The notes beneath the pieces were generated by a model. The model ran no database searches and had not been told where the DNA came from. It saw nothing but the letters and a program-made list of their open reading frames with translations. 64,000 nucleotides of DNA, taken from the IMG/VR virus record IMGVR_UViG_3300036851_000360, positions 1 to 64,000 of that record. One strand, given 5' to 3'. Positions 9,301 to 19,900 of the stretch are shown here, piece after piece. Within the stretch, counting starts at the first letter, position 1. Each line of letters begins with the position of its first letter. This DNA comes from a virus. The position numbers and the translations under genes were made by a program.

Positions 9301-9843
9301 GTGGCACTCAACGATAGCGCGGTGATCATCCCGGGGACGGGTCAGATGTACATCGCCCCATCTGAGACCGCGCAGCCAGCCAGTCTCACTGCCCCCGCGG
9401 CGCCGTGGGTGAACCTGGGACACACGTCCCGCGAGGACGGTTTGACGATCACCCGTGACGGCGGGGACTCCGAGGTCATCGGGACTTGGCAGAACCCGTC
9501 CCTCCGGGAGCGCCGCGACCCCACCACGTTCGCGATCACTGCGTTCCTTCACCAGGTCGACAACGATGTGCTCGAGCTGTACTTCGGCCCGGGTGACGTC
9601 GCCACCGCGGACGAGTTCGGTGTCACCTCCGCGATCGCGACTGTGGAGAAGGCGCTGTACGTGCGGATCATCGACGGCACCAACGAGGTCGGCCTGTACG
9701 TGCCGAAGGTGTCGATCTCTTCGGAGGACGACGTCGAGATCGATGTCGAGGGGTTCCTCGCCTTCCCGGTCAGGATGACGGTCCTGCAGGCCACCGGCTC
9801 CAACCTGATGACGTTCCTCGGCCCCGAGCTCGGCGCCGCCTGA
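9301..9843 (+). CDS. Major tail tube protein
   Basis: WVNLGHTSREDGLTI...GTWQNPSLR motif; 180 aa. Confidence 0.88.
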   Translation: MALNDSAVIIPGTGQMYIAPSETAQPASLTAPAAPWVNLGHTSREDGLTITRDGGDSEVIGTWQNPSLRERRDPTTFAITAFLHQVDNDVLELYFGPGDVATADEFGVTSAIATVEKALYVRIIDGTNEVGLYVPKVSISSEDDVEIDVEGFLAFPVRMTVLQATGSNLMTFLGPELGAA

Positions 9844-9845
9844 TC

Positions 9846-9887
9846 GATCGGCGGGCGGCCCACCCCGAACCGGGTCGCCTGCCGATC
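9846..9887 (+). terminator. GC-rich stem-loop after the major tail gene
   Basis: gatcggcgggcggcc ... gggtcgcctgccgatc inverted repeat. Confidence 0.55.
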
Positions 9888-9924
9888 TCCTCATGTCCAC
9901 GGTTCGGGAGATGGTTCGGGAGAC

Positions 9925-10350
9925 ATGACCACCAGCAAGGACGATCCCTCAGTCGTCGACCAGTTGGCCGACGACGCAGCCGCCCCCACCGAGTACCCGC
10001 CCGGTGTTCCCGAGTTGAAGACGATGCTGGCGATCCAGCCCCGGTCCCGCCGGGCCGCGTTCAAGCGGAAGTACGCCGAGGTCGCCGGGAACATGACCAA
10101 GGCGCGCGAGCTCGAAGCCGCCACCAAGAAGATCAAGAATGCGGATGAGCGGCAGGTTGCGCAGCTGAACCTTTGGGCCGAGATCGACGAGCTCAACCAG
10201 CTCATCGTCGACGCCCTGAAGATCGCCGCCGTCGATGAGGCGAAGTTCGATGCCTGGGCCGACGAGGTGTCCGACGAAGACCTGTCCGCCACGTTCGCCG
10301 TCTACCAGCAGCGAGCCCAGCCGGGGGAAGCGCCCAGCTCGACGAGCTGA
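9925..10350 (+). CDS. Tail assembly chaperone (G)
   Basis: Lies between tail tube and tape measure; ends near the GGGGGAA slippery site. Confidence 0.85.
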   Translation: MTTSKDDPSVVDQLADDAAAPTEYPPGVPELKTMLAIQPRSRRAAFKRKYAEVAGNMTKARELEAATKKIKNADERQVAQLNLWAEIDELNQLIVDALKIAAVDEAKFDAWADEVSDEDLSATFAVYQQRAQPGEAPSSTS

Positions 10351-10706
10351 TCGAGGAGCACGGGCGCGCCCTGCTGTACGACCTACAAGTCATCGGGGTG
10401 GACCTCCGGGACCTGTGGCGGCCGAACAGCAGGGTAACGCCCCGGTACGTGCTCTGGCTCGTCGGGCAGCTCCCCCAGGAGTCCGCGTTCGCTGCCTCGG
10501 CGCGCGGCGGCGCGGAGTTCCGTTCCTGGACACCGCCGCTCTACCTCCTCGCCGCGGTCGTGAACCTTCTCAACGCCGCGAACCGGCAGCGCGCCGGCAA
10601 GCGGACGCGTGAGCCGCTGGTGAAGCCGCCGACGGCGAAGTCGAAGCCGCGCGTGGTGACCGTCGCTCAGCTCGCTGCCCGACAGAGGGCGGCAGCCAAC
10701 AACTGA
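10323..10706 (+). CDS. Tail assembly chaperone -1 frameshift extension (GT)
   Basis: G GGG GAA at 10323-10329; the -1 frame is open (GSAQLDELIEEHGRALLYDLQVIGVDLRDLW...) to 10706. Confidence 0.82.
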   Translation, partial: GGSAQLDELIEEHGRALLYDLQVIGVDLRDLWRPNSRVTPRYVLWLVGQLPQESAFAASARGGAEFRSWTPPLYLLAAVVNLLNAANRQRAGKRTREPLVKPPTAKSKPRVVTVAQLAARQRAAANN

Positions 10707-10729
10707 ACGCCCCACCGGGAGGTGCCTAC

Positions 10730-13700
10730 GTGACATCTCCCGGTGGGCGCGAGGTCGGCCGCGTCAGTATTCGCGTGCTGCCGGACACGGCCGGATTCCG
10801 GCAGCGCCTGCAGCGTGCCCTCGACGCAGCTGAGTCCGGGCTCGAGGTCGAGATCCCTGTCGAGTTCGACGTCGACCCAAACGAGCTCAAGGCCAAGCTT
10901 GCGGCGATCCAGGCGAGAGTGACGGTCCCAGTCGACCTGGAGCCGGACATCCCGAAGCTGCGCGCCCAGCTCGCAGCGCTGGACAACTCGCGGATCACGA
11001 TCCCAGTCGAGCTTGAGCTGCGCGACACGGCGCGGCTCAACGCTGTTCTTGCGAGGCTGAACAACCGGGCGATCCGGATCAACGTCCGGCTCAACGGCGT
11101 GAGCCAGGCGATCGCCCGCCTCACCGCGTTGGACGCGATCGTGCGTCGGCTCGACGGCCGCAACATCAGCATCAACATCGACGTCGACGCGGGAGCCGCG
11201 ATCGCGCAGATTGCCGCGATCGAGGCTGCGCTGGTCGGGGTGCGCGCGTCGCTGGGATCCGTCGGTACGTCGGGCAGTCAGTCCTTCAGCCGCATGGGCA
11301 GCGCCATCACGGCCGCCGTTGCTGCGGCGCTGCTGCTGCCGCCGATCGCCGCCGCCATCGCGGTGGCCGGGGCTGGGATCACCGCCGCCTGGGGCGCGAT
11401 CTCTACCGCGATCGTTGCGATCCCGCCCGCGATCTTGCTGCTGGCTGGCCCGATCGCGGCGGTGATAGCCGGCCTCGACGGGATCAAGGCCGCCGCGAAG
11501 ACGATCAAGCCCGAGTTCGACGCGATGCAGAAGGCGGTATCCGCCACCTTCGAGCAACGCATGATCCCGATCTTCGAGCGGCTGACGAAGACCTTCCCGC
11601 AGCTGACCAACGGGATGAAGGGGACAGCGATCTCGCTGTCCGACATCGCACTGCGGCTGACCGAAATGGTCACCTCAGCCGAGGGACTGACCCGGATCGA
11701 CCTAGTCTTCGCCAACATCAACCGGACGCTGGGCGACCTGTCGCCCGGCATCTCCGCGCTCGTCGACTCGTTCTTGATCCTCGGCTCCCAGGCTTCGATC
11801 TTCGACGTGCTCTCCGGCACGATCAACACGTTCGCCCAATCGTTCCGGCAGATGGTCATCGACGTCAGCGGCGAGGGCGGCGTCCTCGACGCGGCGATGC
11901 GCGGGCTGCAGGGCACGCTGGAGGGACTGGCCCGCGGCTTCGTCGACCTCGTGCGCAACGGCCTGGAGGTCTTCGCGGCCGCCGCGCCGGGCGTGAACGC
12001 GCTGATCGAGGAGATGACCGGCTTCTTCAACCGGTTCGACTGGACCTCGCTCGGGGCGTCGGTCGGCGGGGTGTTCCAGGGCCTCGCGGACGCCATCGCG
12101 GGCGTGCCGACGCAGACGATTCGGGACATCGAGACCGCGTTCGCCGACCTGTCGGCGGTGTTCCAGTCGACCGACTTCCAGGCCGACATTCAGGCCATGA
12201 TCGGCGCTATCCCTGAGGCCATCGGCCTGGTCAGGGACCTGACCGCAGCGTTCGGCGACGTTGGCGCGGGGGTGGCGACCGCGCTCGAAGCCTACGGCCG
12301 GGTCAAGGAGGCCATCGGTCAGGTCGATGAGGCGATCCAGACTGCGCTCCCCGGCTTCGACCTGTTCGGCACGATCATCCGCAACATCCCCGGCGTGAAC
12401 CTGGGGCCGCTCATCGGCGATCTGGCCGCCGGCTACAACGAGGTCACCGGCACCGTCGAGGAAGGCAGCACGAAGGCCGGCGACGCCGCCGCGAAGGGCA
12501 TGACCGACCTCGGCGCGAGGGCCGCGCTTGAGGGTGAGCGGGGCATGTCGCAGGTGCCGGGTGCCACAAAGGCCGGCCTGAAGGGCGTCGCACCCGCCGT
12601 CACGGAGGGGCTGACCCCGGCCGCGCAGGCGCTCGTCACCGCGTTCTCCCAGATGCCGCCGGTCGTGCAGGAGGGATTCGCCAGCCTCGCCCCGGCTGCG
12701 GCAGCAGGCATGGCCGTGCTGTCCGCCGCCATCACCGACGGCGGCGCCGACATGCAGGCGTCGCTCTCATCGAGCTTCGGCATCCTGGCCACCACCGCCA
12801 CCGACGGCATGACCACGATCTCGACCGCGATCACCGGTGGCGCGCCCCAGTGGAGCCTGGCCGTCGGCACGGCGATGCAGCAGGTCCAGCTGGTGTTCAA
12901 CACGTCGTTCAGTCAGATGGCCACCATCGCCGAGCAGGGCATGATCGGCGTGCAGACGGCGATGACGTCGGGGACGGCTGGCTGGTCGCTCGCGATCGGC
13001 CTCGCCATGCAAGCCGTGATGCTGGTGTTCACCACCTCGTTCTCGCAGTTCGCCACCATCGCCGAGCAGGGCATGATCGGCGTCCAGACGGCGATGACCA
13101 CCGGAACCGCGGGCTGGAGCCTGGCCGTCGGCCTCGCGATGCAGGCCGTGATGCTTGTACTCACCACCTCGTTCAGCCAGTTCGGGGTGATCGCCGAGCA
13201 GGGCATGATCGGCGTGCAGACCGCGATGACAGCCGGCACCGCAGGCTGGTCGCTAGCGGTCGGCGTCGCCATGCAGGGCGTCATGCTCGTGCTGACCACG
13301 AGCTTCTCGCAGATGGCGACGATCGCCACCGCAGGCATGCTCACGGTCCAGACCGCGATCACAGCCGGTGTCGCGCTCTGGGCCACCGCCTTGGCCACCG
13401 GGATGCTGCAACTGCACACCGTTGTGTCCAACGGCTTCCTGCAGATGGCTGCTATTGCCACCAACGGGATGGCGCTGTTCGCCGCGGCGATCAACATCGG
13501 GTTCGCCGGAGTCATCGCATCGGTCAACGCCGGCATGCTGCTGATCGTCGCCGCGGTGACCGTGGGGTTCGCGCAGATCGTCGCGGCCGTCACCGCTGGC
13601 ATGGCGCAGGTCGCGGCGGCGCTGCAACTGAACTGGGCAGCGGCGATCGCCGCCACCACGGCCGCGATGGCGCAGATGACCTCCGCCGTGCAGGTCGGCA

Positions 13701-14359
13701 TGCAGCAGATCACCACCGCCACCCAGCAGGGCATGCAGCAGGCCACTACTGCTGTCCAGCAGGGCATGCAGCAGATGGTGTCGGCGATCACGACCGGGAT
13801 GAACCAGGCCGTGTCCATTGTGCAGTCGGCGATCTCGAGGATGGTGTCCGCGCTCAACTCGGCCGTCGGCCAGTTCCGCGCCGCCGGCGCCAACATGGGT
13901 CAGGCCTTGGCCGATGGCCTCAACTCGAAGGCCGGGGCAGTCGAGGCGGCCGCCCGCCGACTCGCCAACGCCGCCGCAGCAGCGATGCGCGCGGCAGCGC
14001 AGATCCGCTCACCAAGCCGGATCAGCACCTACTTGGGCGAGATGTGGGGCGCGGGCTTCGTAGGCGGGCTCGACAACTCGGTCTCGGATGTTGAGCGGTC
14101 GGCCCGGGCTCTGGCCGACGCAGTCGTCGACGGTGTCTCCGGTGTGCAAGACGTCCTGGCGGGTGACGCGTGGGCGGCGGACTTCAACGCGAAGGTGAAC
14201 GCCCAGCTCGCCCAGCATGACACCACAGGCACGTCGGGCCAGACCGCGGGGAAGCAGATCGTCATCCAGACGACGATCAACAATCCGCAGGCTGAGCGGG
14301 GCAGCGACTCGATAGCACAGGTGCACCGGCGCCAGGCTGCGATGGGGATATTCGGATGA
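10730..14359 (+). CDS. Tape measure protein
   Basis: 1209 aa, Ala/Gly-rich; N-terminal GREVGRVSIRVLPD; C-terminal IRSPSR motif. Confidence 0.93.
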   Translation: MTSPGGREVGRVSIRVLPDTAGFRQRLQRALDAAESGLEVEIPVEFDVDPNELKAKLAAIQARVTVPVDLEPDIPKLRAQLAALDNSRITIPVELELRDTARLNAVLARLNNRAIRINVRLNGVSQAIARLTALDAIVRRLDGRNISINIDVDAGAAIAQIAAIEAALVGVRASLGSVGTSGSQSFSRMGSAITAAVAAALLLPPIAAAIAVAGAGITAAWGAISTAIVAIPPAILLLAGPIAAVIAGLDGIKAAAKTIKPEFDAMQKAVSATFEQRMIPIFERLTKTFPQLTNGMKGTAISLSDIALRLTEMVTSAEGLTRIDLVFANINRTLGDLSPGISALVDSFLILGSQASIFDVLSGTINTFAQSFRQMVIDVSGEGGVLDAAMRGLQGTLEGLARGFVDLVRNGLEVFAAAAPGVNALIEEMTGFFNRFDWTSLGASVGGVFQGLADAIAGVPTQTIRDIETAFADLSAVFQSTDFQADIQAMIGAIPEAIGLVRDLTAAFGDVGAGVATALEAYGRVKEAIGQVDEAIQTALPGFDLFGTIIRNIPGVNLGPLIGDLAAGYNEVTGTVEEGSTKAGDAAAKGMTDLGARAALEGERGMSQVPGATKAGLKGVAPAVTEGLTPAAQALVTAFSQMPPVVQEGFASLAPAAAAGMAVLSAAITDGGADMQASLSSSFGILATTATDGMTTISTAITGGAPQWSLAVGTAMQQVQLVFNTSFSQMATIAEQGMIGVQTAMTSGTAGWSLAIGLAMQAVMLVFTTSFSQFATIAEQGMIGVQTAMTTGTAGWSLAVGLAMQAVMLVLTTSFSQFGVIAEQGMIGVQTAMTAGTAGWSLAVGVAMQGVMLVLTTSFSQMATIATAGMLTVQTAITAGVALWATALATGMLQLHTVVSNGFLQMAAIATNGMALFAAAINIGFAGVIASVNAGMLLIVAAVTVGFAQIVAAVTAGMAQVAAALQLNWAAAIAATTAAMAQMTSAVQVGMQQITTATQQGMQQATTAVQQGMQQMVSAITTGMNQAVSIVQSAISRMVSALNSAVGQFRAAGANMGQALADGLNSKAGAVEAAARRLANAAAAAMRAAAQIRSPSRISTYLGEMWGAGFVGGLDNSVSDVERSARALADAVVDGVSGVQDVLAGDAWAADFNAKVNAQLAQHDTTGTSGQTAGKQIVIQTTINNPQAERGSDSIAQVHRRQAAMGIFG
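12851..13510 (+). repeat. 132-bp (44-aa) tandem repeats inside the tape measure gene
   Basis: WSLA-type units start at 12851, 12983, 13115 and 13247, with a degenerate fifth at 13379. Confidence 0.85.
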
Positions 14360-15252
14360 CCAGCCCGCTGTACCCGCCGTTCTATCCGCCCGCCTACCCG
14401 GCCATACCGGCAGCTCCTCCGGTCCCGGAGGAGCTGCTGGTCAACGGGGTGAGCCTCGGCTCGTACTGCTACATGACCACCGACGTTTCCAGCCTCCTTG
14501 GTGTACCAGCCCGCCGAGGCGACGACGGCGTGGTGCCGGGCCGGCACGGGCGGATTCGCACGCCACAGAAGAAGTTCGATGTCGGCGAAGTCGTGCTGCC
14601 GCTGTGGGTGGTCGGTTGCCGTCCCGACGGGACGATCCCATCGACGGGGCGGATGGAACGGGAATTCTTCCGCCGCCGCGACGAGCTCCTCCGCCTGTTC
14701 TACGCCGATGACGTGACGTTGCAGTTCCGCCGCGCTGACGGGGTCGTGCTGTCCACGCGCGTCGAGGTCATTGACGTCATGGACTTCACCCGGCGTCGGG
14801 CGGAGCCGCTGGCGAAGGTGTCGGTGGCGCTTCGGCTCGCGGACGCGTTCTGGACCGAGGCCATCGACGTGGCGCAGACCATCACTGGAACCACCGGCAC
14901 GACGGTCGAGCTGACAGCATTTCAGGGCTCCACGGCGCCAATTGCGGATGCTCGGATCACGTTCACCGGCCCGGTGTCGAACCCGCGGCTCGCGGTCGGC
15001 CAGCGGTGGGTGCAATTCAACGGCGTGATCGTGGCTAGCCGGGAACTGGTGCTCGAGTGCGGGCACTGGCGGGCGTCGTCCGGGGCCGGGGCGGCGTGGT
15101 CGCCCGATCGGCGGCAGGTGTTCCGCGAGCCAGGTCCCGCGTGGCTGGAGATCCCGCCATCACCGGAGCCGCTGAACGTGGTCTTCACGCACACCGGGGG
15201 CGGCTCGGCGACGGCCGAGATCTCCGGCAACCGCAAGTTTCTGACGGCGTGA
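14356..15252 (+). CDS. Distal tail (Dit-like) protein
   Basis: Immediately follows the tape measure; RRGDDGVVPGRHG and ITFTGPVSNPRL motifs. Confidence 0.78.
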   Translation: MTSPLYPPFYPPAYPAIPAAPPVPEELLVNGVSLGSYCYMTTDVSSLLGVPARRGDDGVVPGRHGRIRTPQKKFDVGEVVLPLWVVGCRPDGTIPSTGRMEREFFRRRDELLRLFYADDVTLQFRRADGVVLSTRVEVIDVMDFTRRRAEPLAKVSVALRLADAFWTEAIDVAQTITGTTGTTVELTAFQGSTAPIADARITFTGPVSNPRLAVGQRWVQFNGVIVASRELVLECGHWRASSGAGAAWSPDRRQVFREPGPAWLEIPPSPEPLNVVFTHTGGGSATAEISGNRKFLTA

Positions 15253-15262
15253 TGAGGGGCCG

Positions 15263-15697
15263 ATGAGCAATCTGTATGACAAGGCCCGCGAGGGTTTCGT
15301 CTCCGGCGAGATCGTTTGGAAGGACGGCGGGTCGGTCGTCAAGGCTCTGCTCGTCAGGGGCTATGCGTTCAGCGTCGCGCACAAGTTCGTGTCCGAGATG
15401 ATCGGCGCTGGCGGCACGATCGTCGCCAGCGACACCCTGAACTCGCTGACCAACACCAATGGGGTGTGCGACGCCGCGGACGCGGTATGGGAGGCGACGC
15501 CGGAGGGCACGGCGATCCCGCACATCATCCTCATCCAGGCCTCGGCGGTCACCGGTGGTGCGGATCTGCCGGCCTCACAGCAGCGGCTGATCGCGTGTAT
15601 CGACCGCGGTTCCGGGGTGACGCTCTCGATCACCCCGAACGGACAGAACATCACCGGCTCCTGGTCGCCAGGCGCGGACCGCATCTTCCGATTCTGA
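15263..15697 (+). CDS. Minor tail protein
   Basis: NLYDKARE...LIACID...TPNGQNI...IFRF pattern of small actinophage tail proteins. Confidence 0.65.
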   Translation: MSNLYDKAREGFVSGEIVWKDGGSVVKALLVRGYAFSVAHKFVSEMIGAGGTIVASDTLNSLTNTNGVCDAADAVWEATPEGTAIPHIILIQASAVTGGADLPASQQRLIACIDRGSGVTLSITPNGQNITGSWSPGADRIFRF

Positions 15698-15707
15698 AGG
15701 GGAGAAC

Positions 15708-16997
15708 GTGGTCAACAGGTACTCGCCGCGGACGCCGGCCTGGGTGGACGGGCCGCAAGGGTTGGTGTTCGCGGCCGACGCGAACCGCTGGGAGCAGGGC
15801 ATCGAGGCGCTCGACAACGCCCTCGACGCCGCCGAGGGTCGGCTGGACGCGCTGCAGGCCGCGCTCGGAGGCATCACCGCCACCGGTGTCCCGGTAGTCA
15901 CTACCGCCACTCGCGGCACGCCCACCAAGGGCCGGATCGTCTTCGACGACGACCTGGATCAGTACATCGGCGGGACCGGGACTGCATGGATCGAACTCAG
16001 CGTCGGCGAGGAGGTCCCCGGCCCCGGTTCCGGGACCGCACCGACCGGGCTGACCGCGGTCACCCAGCCGGACAACTCGATCGTCGTGAGCTGGAACCCG
16101 GTGGTGGGTGCGACCCACTACAAGCTGTACGAGATCCGCTCCCCGGGCGGCGTCTCGGGCGCGGACAACATCACCACGACCTCGACCACGCGCACCCCTA
16201 GCTCGATGGGCAACTACGAGTACTGGGTGACCGCCTTTGTCGGCGGCGTGGAGTCGGCGCAGTCCAACCACGGGCTCTGCGTGCTGCCCTACAGCACCGG
16301 CGGCGGCGGTGGAGGTGGTTCCGGCAGCACGCCGGCGCAGCTGCTCGCGCTCGGATCGACCGGCGGCAAGTGGAACCTAGGTGTCGGTTACCCGTCCGGG
16401 CACGTCGACATCGCACCGTCCACGTTGGAGGGCGGCTGGACGGAAGCCCCGTACTTCTACGTCAATGAGGCCGGGACCAAGGTCCACTTCCAGGTCCCGA
16501 TGAACGGCGGGCGCACGAGCTCCAATACGAAATATCCCCGGTGCGAGCTGCGCGAGTACATCGGTAGCTCCAAGGCGGCGTGGTCCGGGTCGTCCGGAAC
16601 GCATGTGATGTCCGGGCGGACCACCGTCCTGCACATGGAGTCCGGCAAGCCGGAGATGGTCGTCGCGCAGATGCACGACGGGTCGGATGACACCCTGCAG
16701 ATCCGGGTCGAGGGCACGACGTGGCGCGCGTCGATCAACGGCACCGAGCACTCCACCACGCTGGGCACGTTCTCGACGGGCACCGAGGTGGCGTGGGAGA
16801 TCCGGGTGGTCAACGGCACACTCACGATCAAGATCAACGGCACCACGAAGATCACAACCAACCCAGGATACGGCTCAGGGCAGTACTTCAAGGTGGGCTG
16901 CTACGCACAGCAGAACAACACCTCCGATGGCGGCGGCAACCCCGACAACGGGTACGCGTCCTGCGAACTGCGGGACCTCGTAGTTACGCACAGCTGA
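15708..16997 (+). CDS. Tail-associated protein: coiled coil + FN3 + PL7 (alginate lyase-type) domain
   Basis: APTGLTAV...VSWNPV...YKLY (FN3); PRCELRE, AQMH and YFKVGCYAQ match the three PL7 motifs. Confidence 0.8.
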   Translation: MVNRYSPRTPAWVDGPQGLVFAADANRWEQGIEALDNALDAAEGRLDALQAALGGITATGVPVVTTATRGTPTKGRIVFDDDLDQYIGGTGTAWIELSVGEEVPGPGSGTAPTGLTAVTQPDNSIVVSWNPVVGATHYKLYEIRSPGGVSGADNITTTSTTRTPSSMGNYEYWVTAFVGGVESAQSNHGLCVLPYSTGGGGGGGSGSTPAQLLALGSTGGKWNLGVGYPSGHVDIAPSTLEGGWTEAPYFYVNEAGTKVHFQVPMNGGRTSSNTKYPRCELREYIGSSKAAWSGSSGTHVMSGRTTVLHMESGKPEMVVAQMHDGSDDTLQIRVEGTTWRASINGTEHSTTLGTFSTGTEVAWEIRVVNGTLTIKINGTTKITTNPGYGSGQYFKVGCYAQQNNTSDGGGNPDNGYASCELRDLVVTHS

Positions 16998-19900
16998 TGG
17001 CGACGATCTATGTCTCCACGACCGGAAGCGACGGCAACGCGGGCACGACGCCGGGCTCACCCAAGCTGACCCTCGGCGGTGGGCTGGCCGCCGCGAGCGC
17101 CGGGGACACGGTGCAGGTCGCGTCCGGCACCTATAGCGGCAACTTCATCACCAGCAAGGGCGGATCGTCGGGGAACTTCATCACGATTCGCTCCGAGGTG
17201 AAGCACGGTGCGAAGATCAGTGGCAACGACGGCACCTCGAACGAGTCCGCGGTCGAGATCAACCACGCCTACATCCGCGTCCAGGATTTCGAGATTACCG
17301 GCACGGCCGGGTCGGGCCTCCGGAACGGTGTGATCGTCAACGCGGACAACGTCGAGGTCATCGGCAACCACATCCACACCACCTGCCAGTTTTTGACCGA
17401 AGGGACTTCTTGGCAGGGCGGCGCCGGGATCGACTTCTGGGGCGCGTCGCGGACGAACGTCTTGGTCGACGGCAACCGCATCCACCACATCGGGGCGCCG
17501 GGTAGCACCCAGCAACTGGTGCACGGCCTGTACCCAGCACAGCCGGCGACGAACTGCCGCATCGTCAACAACGTGGTCTACGACTGCGAGGACTACGGCA
17601 TCCAGCCGTACCCGGAGGACGAGGCCACCGGCTGGAAGATCGTCAACAACACGGTGGTCGCGTGTGGGCGCGGCATCCGCACCGGCGACAACACAATCGT
17701 CCGCAACAACATCAGCTACAACAACAAGGCGAACAACTTCGACGTCCGCGGCTCCGGCAGCACCCTGTCGAACAACATCTCGGGCGGCTCCGGCTCATCC
17801 AGCATGTCCGGGGTCACCGTCGCCAACCCGCTGTTCACCAACTACTCGGCCCGGGACCTGACTTTGGCTGCGGGGAGCCCCGCCCTGGACGCGGGCACCG
17901 CCACCGACGCCCCGGCCACCGACGTCGCCGCCACCGCCCGTCCGCAGGGGTCTGCGGTGGATGCTGGTGCCTACGAGAAGCCAGCCGCCGTCGGAGGCGG
18001 GACAGGCGCGCCGTACACGCTCGCGTTCCCCGACGGGACGCCCTACCCGACGATCCCGGCCGGTACGACCGTGGTCAATGTGTCGACGTCGTCGGCCTTG
18101 TCCTCGGCGTTGTCGTCGGCGACCGCCGGGCAGCGGATCGTGCTCGCGGACGGGTCGTACTCGGGCGCGTTCTCGATGTCCGGGCGGGCAGGCACGGCGG
18201 CGGCCGGGATCTCGGTTGAAGCGGCCAACGTCGGCGGTGCGACGTTCGCGACCGGATCGACGTTCCGGGTCACGAACTGCTCGTACGTGACGATCTCGGG
18301 TCTGATGTTCAACTGGCAGGGCGAAGGCGAGACCTTTCAATTCCGTGGCACGTCACACCACTGTCGGCTCACCCGCTCCACGTTCGGCCCGACCACGCAC
18401 GCCGAGTCGTCCGGTGTGCAGACCTGGGTTTTCATCGGGGACGACTGCTACCACATCCGGATTGATCACAACGAGATCCGGAACAAGGGAACGAGCGGCA
18501 ACGGCGTCCGGGTGTACGGCTCGTTCGCGAAGGTCGACGCCGGCCAGGGCTCGAGCGCCGGTTGCCGGTGGGTGCGCATCGACCACAACATCTTCCGGTC
18601 GATCAAGCCTGAGGTGGGCAACGACAAGGAACCGGTGCGCTACGGCGTGTCCACGATGTCGCGGACGATCAGCAACGGCGTCATCGAGCGGAACCGCTTC
18701 GAGGACTGCATCTGTGAACCTGAGGTCATCTCGGTGAAGATGGGCGGCATCCGGACCACCGGTAACACCATCTACCGGTGCGCGGGTGGGCCGGTGATCC
18801 GTCACGGCACCAACTCGGTCATGAGCGATAACTACGTGGTGGACCGGGTTGACACCTTCGGCACCACCATCGGCTCCGGCGGCATCCGGTTCTACGACGC
18901 GGATCACGAGGTTGCCTACAACTACATTGACGGTGTCTTTGGCGGGAACTTCCAAGGCCCGCTGCTGCTGGACACCGGCGACGCCGAGGGCTCGAGCACG
19001 AACCTGTCCGGGCACTGGCGGGTCATCGGCGCCGACGTGCAGCGGAACGTGATCGTCGACTGCCCCGAGGGCATCCGGATCGGCGATAACTATTCGTCGG
19101 TGCCACGGGACTGCCGGATCCAACACAATCTCGTGGTCGATGCCGACTCCGGCGCCGCCATCACCCAGCGGGTCGCTCCGTCTAACACGGTGCTGGACGG
19201 AACGAACGTCTACTACGCCACCACGACCGCGGCGGGGATGACCCAAGACGCGGACACGATCTGGCGCAAGCCGGGATTCGGACCCCGGCTGACCTACCTG
19301 GAGCAGGCCGACGTCGGCCCGGCCGGGGACCTCGGGGACACCGACGGAACCGGTGTTGAGGCGGGCGGTATCGCCGCCGACCCGGCCGACATCCTGAACA
19401 TCGGGGCCGACGAGGGCCAGAACCATTTCCAGCTGCAGTACGCCCTCGACGGCAGCACCGGCAACGACATCACCATCACACAGTTCGACGACGTCGCTGC
19501 CGGGTTCACCGCCGACCCGTACTTCAAGGTCGTCACGAACCTCGATGGCGCACCTGCGGTGCAGTTCCGGGTGCGGGCGGACGCGGCCACTACGACAGGT
19601 TCGTCGACACCGCGCTCGGAGCTACGGGAGACCCGCGCCGACGGCACCGAGATGGCGTTCGACGCCATGCACGGCGACCATTCGCTGCGCACTCGGGTCC
19701 GGATCACCCACCTGCCAGCGGGTGACCCCGAGGTCGTCGTGGCGCAACTGCACAACGGCGTCACCGGGGACCGGATCGCGATCCGCACACAGCTGGTGTC
19801 CAGCCAGATCAAGTTGCTGTGCCGGATCAACGGCACCCAGGTGGATCCCCGGTTCGACGAGTCCTACGCGGTGGGCGACGAATTCGAGGTCTTCGTCAAG

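Noticed and set aside
16721-16996. N-terminal extension of the 1421-aa ORF
   Set aside because: Overlaps the PL7 domain of the upstream gene; the TGATG-coupled ATG at 16997 is the better start
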